Below, one piece after another: positions 1 to 9,872 of a stretch of DNA of 64,000 nt. The DNA is taken from contig OZ243037.1 in the NCBI GenBank assembly GCA_965212015.1, positions 864,001 to 928,000 on the forward strand, written 5' to 3'. A program made the position numbers and the translations under genes. The notes under the pieces were generated by a model, which did no database searches, had not been told where the DNA came from, and saw only the letters and a list, made by a program, of their open reading frames with translations. The stretch is from Cenarchaeum sp. GTDB taxonomy: Archaea > Thermoproteota > Nitrososphaeria > Nitrososphaerales > Nitrosopumilaceae. Position 1 is the stretch's first letter; every line of letters starts with the position of its first letter.

Positions 1-11
1 TAAAATCCGAC

Positions 12-224
12 ATGTCGAATCTGATCGCCGGACAAGCATCCGAATACCCGTACAATGACGAGGATATTAGGGAAAAACTTGCAAAATCAATCGGCCTGTC
101 CGAAATTCCCAAAATAGATCCGCGCTCTTTTGACAGATTGTCCGGAATACTTGGAGACAAACTAGGATTCGGGGATGTTGACTCAGTAGAGCTGGTTCGC
201 TCCGTACGTGGCTCAGATTGTTAA
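12..224 (+). CDS. putative VapB-like antitoxin
   Basis: 70-aa ORF ending in DSVELVRSVRG, a typical antitoxin C-terminus; its stop overlaps the TTG start of a PIN-domain gene. Confidence 0.55.
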   Translation: MSNLIAGQASEYPYNDEDIREKLAKSIGLSEIPKIDPRSFDRLSGILGDKLGFGDVDSVELVRSVRGSDC

Positions 225-795
225 AAAAATATATAGATACAAATATTCTGATTGCATATGCGCTAGGTGAAAAATTTGAAAAGATACAATATCCAAAGGC
301 AAAAATAATTTTCGAACAAATAAAAACGGTGGATTCATCTGGGTTATCTCTACTCTGACTTTAATCGAAATAACAGGCGCATTACGAACACGTTTGGGAA
401 AAAAGACAAATGCTTTACAAAAAATAGATAAACAAAATCAAGGCATACATATTAAAACAGAAGCTTCAAAGCTTTATGCGGCATTAATTGATGAGATGCT
501 GCAGATGCCAAACATCAAGTTTGAGAAAGGCCGACGGATCAATTTTCAAACGGCGTTGGATGATAGCTTGGACATAATGGATGAGATTGTCGGCTTTGTA
601 GAGTTTAAACGAAATGTAAAGTATGGCAAACTGGAATCTATCAATTCCAACTATAAGCAAATTCTGGTGGCGGATATTCTTCATGCCCTGCTGGCAAAGG
701 ATATCCAATGTGATCATTTTCTGACATTTGACAGGGGGTTTGAAAGTGCCAAAAACATAGAGAAATTCCAATCATTAAATATAGAAATTCATTAA
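218..795 (+). pseudogene. PIN-domain (VapC-like) toxin, frameshifted at A-run 322-326
   Basis: TTG at 218 gives LLKKYIDTNILIAYAL (PIN N-terminal motif). One extra A at 322-326 joins it to ISTLTLIE...ADILHALLA...FLTFDRGF (PIN C-terminal motif, ORF 394-795). Confidence 0.75.
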
Positions 796-1068
796 AAACC
801 TCATTTTAACGCATGTGAAAAATATAATCCCTATTGGTCATATGCAACTATAGTACGGCCCTAATGAATTGATGAAAAATATGGAGGTCGGTTATTGCCA
901 GACTGTATTTTGGCGATCACCGTATTTGTGGCGATCCCGGCTGCGCCTTCTATGCCCAAGGCCGTTTCGAGTCATTTTCAGATCGCGGATCAAGAGTTTT
1001 TTAGGATCCCAGCAGTCTAGGCGCCGTTTGGATTGAGACTATAAATAGCACGTAACCGTTGCAACTGC

Positions 1069-1281
1069 ATGGGCATAGTATCCAGGGGTTCAAAGTGCAA
1101 CATTGCCGGGTGCGGCGAGGACGGCGCAAGATCCCTCAATACCAAAAAGGTGGAAAACGCAGGCCTTGATGTGGCAGGCGGGGCCAAAAACACAGTCCTG
1201 TGCAGGACCCACTATAAAGAGTGGAAAAAGATGACAAAGGACGATCGCGCGCTAGAGCGGGCAAGATACGACAAGTTTTAG
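1069..1281 (+). CDS. small conserved thaumarchaeal Cys/His (Zn-binding) protein
   Basis: CNIAGC...LCRTHY motif; TATA-like ATAAATA at 1041-1047. Confidence 0.75.
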   Translation: MGIVSRGSKCNIAGCGEDGARSLNTKKVENAGLDVAGGAKNTVLCRTHYKEWKKMTKDDRALERARYDKF

Positions 1282-2402
1282 GCCTTGCGAATCCGTTTTG
1301 AGCGGGACCTGTACCTGTCATCGAGTATGTCATAGAATTCGTCGGGTTTTTTGAAATAGTCCCTCTTTAATTTGTCATACATGGCGCCGAGCCTTTTGTA
1401 GAGCCGCTTTGGCTTGCGCCGCTTTTGGTTGCTCAGCACGTACAGCGCAAGAATCGGAAACGCGACTGTGGCATCGGCATAGACTGTCACCAGATCCCGG
1501 TGCGCGTCTTGGACCTTGCCCCAGCTTTTTCCCTCCTGCAGCGTGGCGCCGGACAGCCCCCCGGTGTCGGGCCGGGCGTCGGTAATCTGCACGATATAGT
1601 CCTGCCCGCCGTTTCCGCGGCGCAGTATCTGATCTAGCAGCGGCCCCGTCTGCTGTGCGGTGTTCTTGGGCACGCCCCCGCCAAGCTCCACTATGCCGGA
1701 CTTTTTTGCGGCGTGCACGATTGCCCCCTGCTCTATTATCTCGCGCACAAAGTCCAGATTGTACGTCTTGCCGCGCAGCCGGTGTACTGCCAGGTTCAGC
1801 GCCAGCGACGAGTCCTTGAGGGTAGAGACGTATACCGGCACGTCGTACTTGAACGCAGTGGCCACAAAGCTTTTTTCCGGAAACCTCGACTTTTTGTGGC
1901 TAATCTCCCCTATCAGGTTGCAAAACTCTGCGCTGGTAAACGGCCCGTCCTGGAGCCTTTGCTTGAACATTTTCTGGATTATCTGGTCCTCGAACTCTAG
2001 GGTCTCGTAGAACTTTATGAACACGTCGCGGATTCGCACTATCTGCCTGTCATACAGCACGGAATCGTCGACTTCGGAGTGGCCCTGCTTTACTGGCAGG
2101 CCCCACGCAAAGTGATCCTCGTGGTACACGTTGGCGCCGGTGGTTACCATCCAGTCCACAAAACCGCGCTCAATTAGGGTCTGGAATATCCCCCCGAATC
2201 CCACCGGTGCCATCGCGCCGGCGGCGGTAAGGCAAATTGTCGCGCCCTGCCGGATCATCTTTGCATAAAGCTTTGCCGCCTCGCCCAAGCTCCTGCCGTT
2301 AAAGCCGCTTGCCGCATACACGTCGACTAGATCCTCGATGGTCATCTTTGGGGTGAGCTTGATGTGGGGAATGTCCCTTCCCCGGAAATGATGATGATCC
2401 AC
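1278..2402 (-). CDS. deoxyhypusine synthase / homospermidine synthase (DHS/SpeY-like) family protein
   Basis: TTGANVYHEDH, LGGGVPKN and DARPDTGGLSGATLQEGKSWGKV motifs. Confidence 0.9.
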   Translation of the reverse strand: MDHHHFRGRDIPHIKLTPKMTIEDLVDVYAASGFNGRSLGEAAKLYAKMIRQGATICLTAAGAMAPVGFGGIFQTLIERGFVDWMVTTGANVYHEDHFAWGLPVKQGHSEVDDSVLYDRQIVRIRDVFIKFYETLEFEDQIIQKMFKQRLQDGPFTSAEFCNLIGEISHKKSRFPEKSFVATAFKYDVPVYVSTLKDSSLALNLAVHRLRGKTYNLDFVREIIEQGAIVHAAKKSGIVELGGGVPKNTAQQTGPLLDQILRRGNGGQDYIVQITDARPDTGGLSGATLQEGKSWGKVQDAHRDLVTVYADATVAFPILALYVLSNQKRRKPKRLYKRLGAMYDKLKRDYFKKPDEFYDILDDRYRSRSKRIRKA

Positions 2403-2429
2403 GGGGGGGAGAAATTCTTAATACTAATA

Positions 2430-2783
2430 ATGGTTGTGATCGCCCAGTTGAAAATCATCGATCCCGCCATAAGGCGCGCAAGTTCAGGGCCGCAAAAAAC
2501 CGTCACCGTCTCGTCGCAGGACTTTGCACAGTACGGCCGCACGATCAAAAAGATCGAGCTGATACAGTACGTGGAGAGAACCGACGAAAAGCTCGGCCCG
2601 TACTCGCTTATTACCTCCAGAGTCGAGACGGACGCCGGAACAGTAGAGATGGTGTACGACAGGGGCTTTAGGGGCCCGGATGCGCTGGACTCTGCGTCAA
2701 GGTTTCTCTGCGGGAGCCTCGGGATATCAGGCCTGGTACTGCGCTCGATTATCGCGCTGGACGCAGGAAAAAACGATTCATAA
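2430..2783 (+). CDS. conserved hypothetical protein
   Basis: ORF directly upstream of and co-oriented with thrS; ATG 2430 chosen to avoid overlap with the divergent gene. Confidence 0.7.
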   Translation: MVVIAQLKIIDPAIRRASSGPQKTVTVSSQDFAQYGRTIKKIELIQYVERTDEKLGPYSLITSRVETDAGTVEMVYDRGFRGPDALDSASRFLCGSLGISGLVLRSIIALDAGKNDS

Positions 2784-2797
2784 CATTTAATTCAATT

Positions 2798-4660
2798 ATG
2801 CCCGAGTCTGAATCCGTGCGCATCCTGCAGCTACACTGCGACCACGCAGAGTACACCCCCACAAAAAAAGAGATTGCCTCGGCCGAAGACGCCACGACGG
2901 AGACGAGGCGCTTTGAGGAGATACTGGTGGCCTTTGTCGCAGTCGAAGAGGGTGACGACTCGGGCGTGGCCAGAAGGGCAGTCACACAAATCAAAGAGTC
3001 CCTCGGAAAAATAGGCTGCAAAAGGCTGCTGCTTTATCCGTACGCCCACCTCAGCTCCGACCTTGCCGCACCGCCAGTCGCGCTTGGGCTCATAAAGGAG
3101 ATGGAGGCGCACTCGTCCGGCCTTGACGTGTCCCGGGCGCCGTTTGGATGGACAAAGTCCTACAGCGTCAAAGTCAAGGCGCACCCCCTGGCAGAAAGCT
3201 CCAGGGTGATTACCGCAGATCAGGACGACGCACCTGACGCGCTAAGCTCAGAGTCCAAAATCGAGTCGTTCTGGCACATACTGGATACCGAGGGAAACCT
3301 GCACGAGGTGTCCGGTTTTGACTTTTCGGGGCACGAAAGCCTGGAGGCGCTGGCAAAGTACGAGTCGGCAAAAAAGCGCGCATCACCCCAGCCCCCGCCG
3401 CACGTGGGCCTGATGAAAAAGATGGCCATAGCGGACTATGAGCCGGCGTCGGATGCGGGAAACATGAGGTTTTATCCTAACGGCAGGCTCATAAAGTCGC
3501 TAATCGAGCAGTACGTCACGCAGCGGGTAAAACAGTACGGCGGATACGAGGTGGAGACTCCGATCATGTACGACTCGCACCACCCGAGCATGATGAGCTA
3601 TTTCAACCGGTTTCCGGCAAGGCAGTACAATATCAACTCGGAGGGAAAGAGCCTTTTTCTGAGGTTTGCTGCGTGCTTTGGGCAGTTTCTGATGGTAAAC
3701 GACTTTCAAATGTCATACAAGAGCCTGCCGTACAGGCTGTACGAGCTCACCCGGTACAGCTTTCGGCGCGAACAGTCCGGCGAGCTAGTCGGGCTGAGGC
3801 GGCTGCGCGCATTTACAATGCCGGACTGCCACGCATTCTGCAAGGACATGCCGCAGGCAATCGAGGAGCTAAAAAAGCGCTTTGAGCTCTCGCGCGACGT
3901 AATAGACAAGCTCGGAATACCCGCCAAAAGCTACGAGATGGCGGTGCGCTTTACAGAAGAGTTTTACGGCCAGAACAGGGACATGATACACGAGCTGGTG
4001 CGGCGGCACGGAAGGCCGGTCCTAGTCGAGATGTGGAAGGAGAGGTTTTTTTATTTCGTGCTAAAGTGGGAGTTCAACTATATCGACGGCACCGGAAAGG
4101 CCTCTGCACTCTCCACCGATCAAATCGACGTGGAGAATGCAAAAAGGTACGGAATAGAGTTCGTCGACGAGGGCAACTCGATGCAAAACCCGGTAATACT
4201 GCACAACTCGCCTAGCGGCGCCATAGAGCGCATAATATACGCGCTGCTGGAAAACGCGGCGGCAGACGCAAAGAGGGGCAAAAAGCCAGAGATGCCCCTG
4301 TGGCTGGCCCCGACCCAGGTGCGCGTGATTCCGCTCAAGGAAGAGTTTACAAAATACTGCACAGAGCTTGCAGATAAAATTGCAGGATGCGGCGTGCGCG
4401 TCGACGTTGATGACAGAAACGAGAGCATCGGCAGGCGCATACGCGACGCAGAAAAGGAGTGGATAAGGTACATACTGGTAATAGGGCAAAAGGAGGTTGA
4501 TTCGGGCAGCCTGAGCGTCCGTGACAGGCGCCTCGGCGACACGGCAGAGACCGGTGTTGATGCGTTCGTGGCCGGAATAAAGGAGCAGACAAAAGAAATG
4601 CCGTTTATGCAGCTCAACGTGCCGTTTTATCTCTCAAGGCGTCCGCAGATAATGGTGTAA
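2798..4660 (+). CDS. thrS: threonyl-tRNA synthetase (archaeal type)
   Basis: Archaeal editing domain (RILQLHCD, YPYAHLS), FRREQSGELVGLRRLRAFTMPDCH, HNSPSGAIER, anticodon-binding domain. Confidence 0.97.
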   Translation: MPESESVRILQLHCDHAEYTPTKKEIASAEDATTETRRFEEILVAFVAVEEGDDSGVARRAVTQIKESLGKIGCKRLLLYPYAHLSSDLAAPPVALGLIKEMEAHSSGLDVSRAPFGWTKSYSVKVKAHPLAESSRVITADQDDAPDALSSESKIESFWHILDTEGNLHEVSGFDFSGHESLEALAKYESAKKRASPQPPPHVGLMKKMAIADYEPASDAGNMRFYPNGRLIKSLIEQYVTQRVKQYGGYEVETPIMYDSHHPSMMSYFNRFPARQYNINSEGKSLFLRFAACFGQFLMVNDFQMSYKSLPYRLYELTRYSFRREQSGELVGLRRLRAFTMPDCHAFCKDMPQAIEELKKRFELSRDVIDKLGIPAKSYEMAVRFTEEFYGQNRDMIHELVRRHGRPVLVEMWKERFFYFVLKWEFNYIDGTGKASALSTDQIDVENAKRYGIEFVDEGNSMQNPVILHNSPSGAIERIIYALLENAAADAKRGKKPEMPLWLAPTQVRVIPLKEEFTKYCTELADKIAGCGVRVDVDDRNESIGRRIRDAEKEWIRYILVIGQKEVDSGSLSVRDRRLGDTAETGVDAFVAGIKEQTKEMPFMQLNVPFYLSRRPQIMV

Positions 4661-4792
4661 TCATCCGGTGTTATCCGGGATGTCAGTTGCCGTGTACGGT
4701 TTCTGGCAGGAGTTCGGCACGGATTCAGGCGCGATCGTGCAGCACGCCGGGCCGGGGGGAATCTTTTATAGTGCATGCAATCCTAGGCGGAC

Positions 4793-4954
4793 ATGGGCCT
4801 GTTTGGAAAAAAGGACAAAAGCGGCACAAAGTGCGAGCAGTGCGGCACCGAGCTGCACGATCCGGAGAGGCTAAAGCGGCACATGAAAAAGGCGCACGGA
4901 AACATTCCCGAGAAAAAGCAGGACGGCCAGGGATCAGACGGCGGAATGTGGTAG
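4793..4954 (+). CDS. 53-aa C2H2 zinc-finger protein
   Basis: MGLFGKKDKSGTKCEQCGTELHDPERLKRHMKKAHG...; below the ORF-track cutoff; TTTTATA about 23 bp upstream. Confidence 0.8.
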   Translation: MGLFGKKDKSGTKCEQCGTELHDPERLKRHMKKAHGNIPEKKQDGQGSDGGMW

Positions 4955-4959
4955 GCGCA

Positions 4960-5238
4960 ATGGACGAGGCAAGAAAGCAGCTCCTCGTGTTTGCCGGCGC
5001 GTTTGTCGCAGCCGGGCTGGTGATCGCCACCGTGGTGTTTCCGTTCTGGAACCTGATAAGGGAAGACGTCTATGAGCAAGTCGAGATACTCGACAACATA
5101 AACGGCGTATGCTATGTGGAGACTGACGATGACGTTCCAAAGACCATACAGGACTGCAGCGCGCTGCCTGGCGACACAGTCGAGATTGTGTTTGGCAGGG
5201 ATCTGGCCTGGGCTGCGATCGTAGAGCCGCAGCAATAG
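4960..5238 (+). CDS. small membrane-anchored hypothetical protein
   Basis: MDEARKQ followed by a hydrophobic helix and a small beta-rich domain. Confidence 0.75.
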   Translation: MDEARKQLLVFAGAFVAAGLVIATVVFPFWNLIREDVYEQVEILDNINGVCYVETDDDVPKTIQDCSALPGDTVEIVFGRDLAWAAIVEPQQ

Positions 5239-5322
5239 GCGGCACCTGCGAGCTAGCGGCGGCAAAATCTGATCGCACCACGAATCGCTAGCAATAAATC
5301 ACGTATATTATCCACGGTTTTC

Positions 5323-5607
5323 ATGGCAGAGCTAGAGCACAAGTACGAAGTCGAGGTAAAGACGGCAGAGGAAAAGCAGCGCATCCCAGACGACGTAAAG
5401 GCGGAGCTAAAGGCATCTGGCATAATGGACGAAAAGGGAAAGATAAAGCTAAAGGGGGTCAGCCCAAAGATGCTCAAGCGGATGAAGCAGGAATACGTGG
5501 ACTGTCCGGTTCTGGAGGCAAATACGCATTTCATAAAATGCTTTGTGTGCCCCAACTTTCAAAGCAGGGTTACCGGCAAGGTGCTCTGCAAGGGCGACAA
5601 GCTCTGA
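5323..5607 (+). CDS. conserved hypothetical protein (Cys-rich C-terminus)
   Basis: 94-aa ORF with DCPV...KCFVCPNF...VLC. Confidence 0.8.
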   Translation: MAELEHKYEVEVKTAEEKQRIPDDVKAELKASGIMDEKGKIKLKGVSPKMLKRMKQEYVDCPVLEANTHFIKCFVCPNFQSRVTGKVLCKGDKL

Positions 5608-5648
5608 GGCGCAATAGCAATTAATACGGCCGCGTCCCCTCCCGTACC

Positions 5649-6059
5649 GTGGATTGCGTGTTTTGCAGGATTGTGGAGGGAAAAATACCGGCCAGGATCA
5701 TCTCAGAGACTGGGAAATCTATCGCATTCATGGACGCGTTTCCGCTTGCCCCGGGCCATTCCATAATAATACCAAAGAGGCACCACGAAAAGATTCAGGA
5801 CATTCCGGAGGATGAAAACGCGGATCTGTTCGAGACTGTCAGAAGGGCCATGTCAAGGATAGACGAGCTTACCGGCGCGACGCTGATGGCAGTACACAAC
5901 GGCAGGCAGAGCGGCCAAGAGATCCCGCACGTCCACGTCCATCTGGTCCCGCGCAGCACCTCTGACGGCGCAGGGCCCATACACAGCATGTTCAAAAACG
6001 CGCCGCAGATTACCGGTGACGAGTCCTTTGCGCTGTATGACAGGCTAAAGTGCCTATAG
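5649..6059 (+). CDS. HIT family hydrolase
   Basis: DCVFCRI N-terminus and HVHVHLVPR histidine triad. Confidence 0.95.
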   Translation: MDCVFCRIVEGKIPARIISETGKSIAFMDAFPLAPGHSIIIPKRHHEKIQDIPEDENADLFETVRRAMSRIDELTGATLMAVHNGRQSGQEIPHVHVHLVPRSTSDGAGPIHSMFKNAPQITGDESFALYDRLKCL

Positions 6060-6722
6060 CGGATAAAGCCGCGCCCTCTTGTCCTTGTCCTCGACTATGA
6101 TTGCCTTTGTCGGGCACGTCTCTGCGGCATTCATTATCTTGTTGAATCCGGCCCCCCTCTGGTTGATTACGGTGGACTTTGGATTCATGCCAGAGTCGGC
6201 GTTTATGTGAAACACGTCGGGCGCTATGGTCTCGCAGCTCTGGCACGCTATGCACAGCGAGGGGTCCACCTGCACCGAGAGGTTCGGCCTTGCCTTGGGC
6301 TCTGCTGCCTTTGCATATTCGCCGTTTCTGCCGTCGGCGTTTATTGTACTGTTGTATTGCTGCCAGAATTTTTTTTCATACTCTTTCCAAAAGTCCGGGT
6401 TTTCGTCCTCAAACTCTTTTGTATGCCGGGACCAGTCCTGCTCTGGGGCCTTTGCGCCTGGCGGCGGGCCCCACTGCCTGCTTGTCCTGCGCCCGGGCTT
6501 TACTGGCGATCTTTTGCCAGAATCGGTGGACTGTTTTAGCACATTGTACGCCTCGTTTATCAGCCGGAACCTTTCGCCGTCATTGTCCGATCCCCTGTCC
6601 GGGTGCAGCTCGAGGGCCAGCCTCCTGTATGCCGCCCTTATCTCAGAAAACGTGGCATCAGACCCTACCTCGAGTGTGGCGTATGCCCGTGACGCATCCA
6701 TGCTGTCAGTTATCCGTACCAT
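6054..6722 (-). CDS. DnaJ-ferredoxin (J-domain plus ferredoxin) protein
   Basis: J-domain HPD motif (LELHPDR) and C-terminal CIACQSC...CPTKAI ferredoxin. Confidence 0.9.
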   Translation of the reverse strand: MVRITDSMDASRAYATLEVGSDATFSEIRAAYRRLALELHPDRGSDNDGERFRLINEAYNVLKQSTDSGKRSPVKPGRRTSRQWGPPPGAKAPEQDWSRHTKEFEDENPDFWKEYEKKFWQQYNSTINADGRNGEYAKAAEPKARPNLSVQVDPSLCIACQSCETIAPDVFHINADSGMNPKSTVINQRGAGFNKIMNAAETCPTKAIIVEDKDKRARLYPL

Positions 6723-6766
6723 GTTAAAAATAATTCCGTCCCGGTTCTGCTGTACAACAGGGGCTA

Positions 6767-6814
6767 GGCGCAAAAGGGGGACTTGAACCCTCGAATCCTT
6801 GGGAGGCATGGCCG
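6767..6814 (-). pseudogene. tRNA 3'-half-like remnant (Leu/Ser-type)
   Basis: Minus strand reads tcc-caa-gga (variable arm), ttc, GAGGG-TTCAAGT-CCCCC (T-arm), TTTTGCGCC; no matching 5' half visible. Confidence 0.35.
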
Positions 6815-6904
6815 TTTTTTTCCAATTCCCAAGTAATGCCGCAGCTGATCTGGTGCGATCCCCGGAATATAGTAACCCAAATGATGCGCCTGGCAGTACC
6901 AGTG

Positions 6905-7336
6905 TTATATCCGGGAAATCCGGCCGTCGGGATCCGACTCGTACCACACTGCCTTTGACTCGGCGCCCGCAGCGGTGGGAAAATTGATCGCAATGTGTGA
7001 GAATTTTCCCCTGCCAGACGAGCCGTGCGCGTGCAGCACCCCGGGATCAATGTACGCCATGCCGCCTGCCTTTAGCGGGATTCTGCGCGTCTCTTTTGCC
7101 GCAGCGCCGGTCTTTTTGTAGAATGCCAGATAGCCGCCGCCCCCGGTAGCAATGAGCAGCTGCGCGCCGGTATGCGTGTGCAGCTTTGTTGCAGCACCGC
7201 CGGAGAAATCCACGTGGTATATGCGGGTCTTTTTTGCACCCAGCCGGCCTGTGAGCTCGGCAAGTGCGGTACTGCCGGTGAAATAGTCCGGGTTTATCCT
7301 TCTTTTTACGCCGTCGTGATAGTCCGTTCCCTTCAT
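6905..7336 (-). CDS. cupin domain protein
   Basis: HTHTGAQLLI...PGVLHAHG cupin motifs. Confidence 0.85.
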   Translation of the reverse strand: MKGTDYHDGVKRRINPDYFTGSTALAELTGRLGAKKTRIYHVDFSGGAATKLHTHTGAQLLIATGGGGYLAFYKKTGAAAKETRRIPLKAGGMAYIDPGVLHAHGSSGRGKFSHIAINFPTAAGAESKAVWYESDPDGRISRI

Positions 7337-7338
7337 GT

Positions 7339-7716
7339 CTAGATCCGCGAGAGAAGCTTTTTCTTTTCCGCCCTGAACTCCTTTTCTGTCACAATGCCGG
7401 CCTTTCGCAGCTCGCCGAGCTTGGCTAGCGTGTCAAGTGCGTCGCCCTTTGCAATGACCATCTTTTTTGTGGCATCCACGCTCTCGGCCAGCCTTTTTTC
7501 GCCCCGCTCCTTGAGCTTTTTGCTCTCCTTTTGGGCCTGTTTTTTTAGCATCATGCTGCGCCTTTTGGCCTCGCCTGCGGTGATCTTGCCTAGCTCCACT
7601 GCATCGCACAGTATCTCGTCTGCCCTCTTGACGCCCTGATCTATCGCGCCGTCAATCGCCGCGTTTGCCCGATTCAGAAATTTTTCTATATATCCGCCCC
7701 TCGCCCCGGATTCCAT
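7339..7716 (-). CDS. coiled-coil protein with C-terminal SHOCT domain
   Basis: LAKLGELRKAGIVTEKEFRAEKKKLL. Confidence 0.8.
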   Translation of the reverse strand: MESGARGGYIEKFLNRANAAIDGAIDQGVKRADEILCDAVELGKITAGEAKRRSMMLKKQAQKESKKLKERGEKRLAESVDATKKMVIAKGDALDTLAKLGELRKAGIVTEKEFRAEKKKLLSRI

Positions 7717-7783
7717 GGCGGTATGTTGCGGCGCTGCGGTATTATTGTTTTGCTTTTATAACGGGCCGCACACCATACCAGCA

Positions 7784-8503
7784 ATGGTCAAGCCCGGCAC
7801 AGGTTCCAACCGCAAGACAAGGCTGGTGGTATTAAGGCACAGCCTGGACGAGGCAGCAGCGCGCGCGATAATCGACTCAAAAAAGACCGACGTCTTTAAA
7901 AAAAGGCTAAAGAGGCCTAGACGCGAGGAGGTCCGCATCCACTCTGTGAGGTTCTTTTACGAGGCAGTCCTGCTAGTGTCCGCAAGATACAGGGCCGACT
8001 ATTTCAGAAAGGCCACGCACCCCATCAGGGTGGACTATAACGTAAGCGAGGTGGTGCTAGGGGACGGGGTGTTTCCCATAATTCCAAAGTCAAAGCTGAC
8101 AAGGGCGTTTCTGGGCAGGCGCGGCAAGAACAGAGTCGAGCTGGAGCTAGAAGAGCACGTCTTTGTGGAAAGCGAGGATTCCATGTACTTTGACTGCCAC
8201 GGAGACGAGATGGAATTCCGCCACAGCATAGATCCAAAGACCATAGAGCACTATCCAAAACGCATGCTCCGCAACTGCGAGCCGGACCTGAAGAGGCCCG
8301 GGATTACGGTGGGGGCCGCCCTGGAAAGGCTCGGCAAAAAGATGCAGCGGCCCGCAGAGTCCGACGTGCGTGATCTCACAGACGAGCTTGCCGTGACTGA
8401 TACGGCAGAGATTTACCTGCCCGTGTTTGAGGCGCGCCTGGTAGGCCCGGGGAAAAAAATCGGCATCATGCGGATAGACGCGGTGCGAAAAAAAGTGCTG
8501 TGA
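7784..8503 (+). CDS. conserved hypothetical protein
   Basis: Long ORF; TTTTATAA at 7754-7761 upstream of ATG 7784. Confidence 0.75.
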   Translation: MVKPGTGSNRKTRLVVLRHSLDEAAARAIIDSKKTDVFKKRLKRPRREEVRIHSVRFFYEAVLLVSARYRADYFRKATHPIRVDYNVSEVVLGDGVFPIIPKSKLTRAFLGRRGKNRVELELEEHVFVESEDSMYFDCHGDEMEFRHSIDPKTIEHYPKRMLRNCEPDLKRPGITVGAALERLGKKMQRPAESDVRDLTDELAVTDTAEIYLPVFEARLVGPGKKIGIMRIDAVRKKVL

Positions 8504-8505
8504 GG

Positions 8506-9324
8506 CTATTTTACAATACGCCTGAACTGCTCGTTGTCCTGGAATTTTTCAAACGCCTTTTCTGCCCTGGCCCATTTTTTTATGGTCTTGGGATCCCCGC
8601 GTACTGCCTGCCTTAGCAGCTCCATTGACTGGCCGAACCTGTCTAGTGCCGCCAAGCTGCGCGCCTTTGCGTATATTATGTTCGGGTTTTTTCCGTGCTT
8701 TGAGAGCATTTGATCAAGGATTGCTATTGCCTTGTCGTGCATGCCAAGCTCGGCGAGCTCTATTGCCTTGTGGAACAGCGAGTCGGTGTGCCGCGGGTGC
8801 TGCCTGCACACGTTCTCAAAGCAGTTGAGGGCCTCCTCGTGCCGCCCCATCTTTCCCAGTACAATCCCCTTGTAGAACTTTGAGTTGGGCTTTTTTGGCT
8901 CCAGCTTTATTGCCTCATCCAGACAGGCAAGGGCATCCTGGTGGCTTTGCAGCCGGTCTAGCAGCACGCCGCAGTTAAAGTGTGCGGCGGCGTACTTTGG
9001 GTCGGCGTCTGCTGCCTTTTGATAGTTTTTGAGCGCAGAGTCCGTGTCTCCCAGCTCCGCCTGGGCGATTGCCATATTGTTGTACGAGGGCGCATCGTTT
9101 GGAGTGTAGCGCAGTACGGCCTCAAAGCAGGTTATCGCATCAGAGTATTTTCGCAGCAGGTTCAGCGCAAGGCCCTTGTTGTACATGGCAGACGCGTTTT
9201 TGGGGTCGCCCTTTAGCGCCTTGTTGAACAGGCCGATTGCCGCCTTTGGCTGGTTTTTTTGCATCAGCTGCATGGCAGAATATACCAGATCCTCGGGATC
9301 CCCCTTTGGGCCGAAAAATATCAC
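8506..9324 (-). CDS. tetratricopeptide repeat protein
   Basis: Multiple TPR units (AMYNKGLAL, SYNNMAIAQ, FYKGIVL); GTG start inferred. Confidence 0.9.
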   Translation of the reverse strand: MIFFGPKGDPEDLVYSAMQLMQKNQPKAAIGLFNKALKGDPKNASAMYNKGLALNLLRKYSDAITCFEAVLRYTPNDAPSYNNMAIAQAELGDTDSALKNYQKAADADPKYAAAHFNCGVLLDRLQSHQDALACLDEAIKLEPKKPNSKFYKGIVLGKMGRHEEALNCFENVCRQHPRHTDSLFHKAIELAELGMHDKAIAILDQMLSKHGKNPNIIYAKARSLAALDRFGQSMELLRQAVRGDPKTIKKWARAEKAFEKFQDNEQFRRIVK

Positions 9325-9399
9325 AGACAGGCTATGCCACAACAAGTAATGAAAGTTTTGCTTGCCGGGGCGGCGGCAGGCACTATACTGCCAGGGGGC

Positions 9400-9627
9400 C
9401 TATGGCGGGGCCAGAACGCCCGAGTCCCTCGAGGGGTGCAGATAGCACTGCAGCGGCACGCTCCACTCCAGCGTGGACAGATCCACGCCCATCATTACGG
9501 CATCAGAGGCCCAGACACACGGCCCTGCCAGGGTTCCATAAAGCGCAAGCGAGATTACCAGCTTGAAGGTCATCCCGCCGGCAATAAAGCAGGCTATTCC
9601 AACCAAAAGCACGACTAGTCTGGACAT
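9400..9627 (-). CDS. small hypothetical membrane protein
   Basis: MSRLVVLLVGIACFIAGG hydrophobic N-terminus. Confidence 0.5.
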   Translation of the reverse strand: MSRLVVLLVGIACFIAGGMTFKLVISLALYGTLAGPCVWASDAVMMGVDLSTLEWSVPLQCYLHPSRDSGVLAPP

Positions 9628-9695
9628 TGTACGCAGGTGAGAAACAGGGTATAAAAAGTCCCAACAACCGCATGCCGGATTGGGGGGGGTCCCGC

Positions 9696-9830
9696 TCATC
9701 CCAGCGACTTGAACTTTTTTATCGCCTCTTTTGCCAGGTCTTCGGGGGCAGGTATCTGCGTGGGATCGTCTCCGGCCACTGCGTCGTCGTGGTCCTTTTT
9801 GGTGTTCTGTGGAATCTTTTTTGCGGCCAA
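9696..9830 (-). CDS. 44-aa hypothetical protein
   Basis: TTG-start ORF AAKKIPQNTKKDHDDAVAGDDPTQIPAPEDLAKEAIKKFKSLG, with natural-looking composition, downstream of hemL. Confidence 0.5.
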   Translation of the reverse strand: MAAKKIPQNTKKDHDDAVAGDDPTQIPAPEDLAKEAIKKFKSLG

Positions 9831-9872
9831 CAAAACCGCATGTTTTTGGATGTTAAAAAATATTGCCAGACC

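Noticed and set aside
1027-1043. 14-bp match (tttggattgagact) to 28987-29000 near the IS630 relic, as a possible IS/MITE end
   Set aside because: Several 14-bp matches are expected by chance in 64 kb, and no convincing partner terminal repeat was seen
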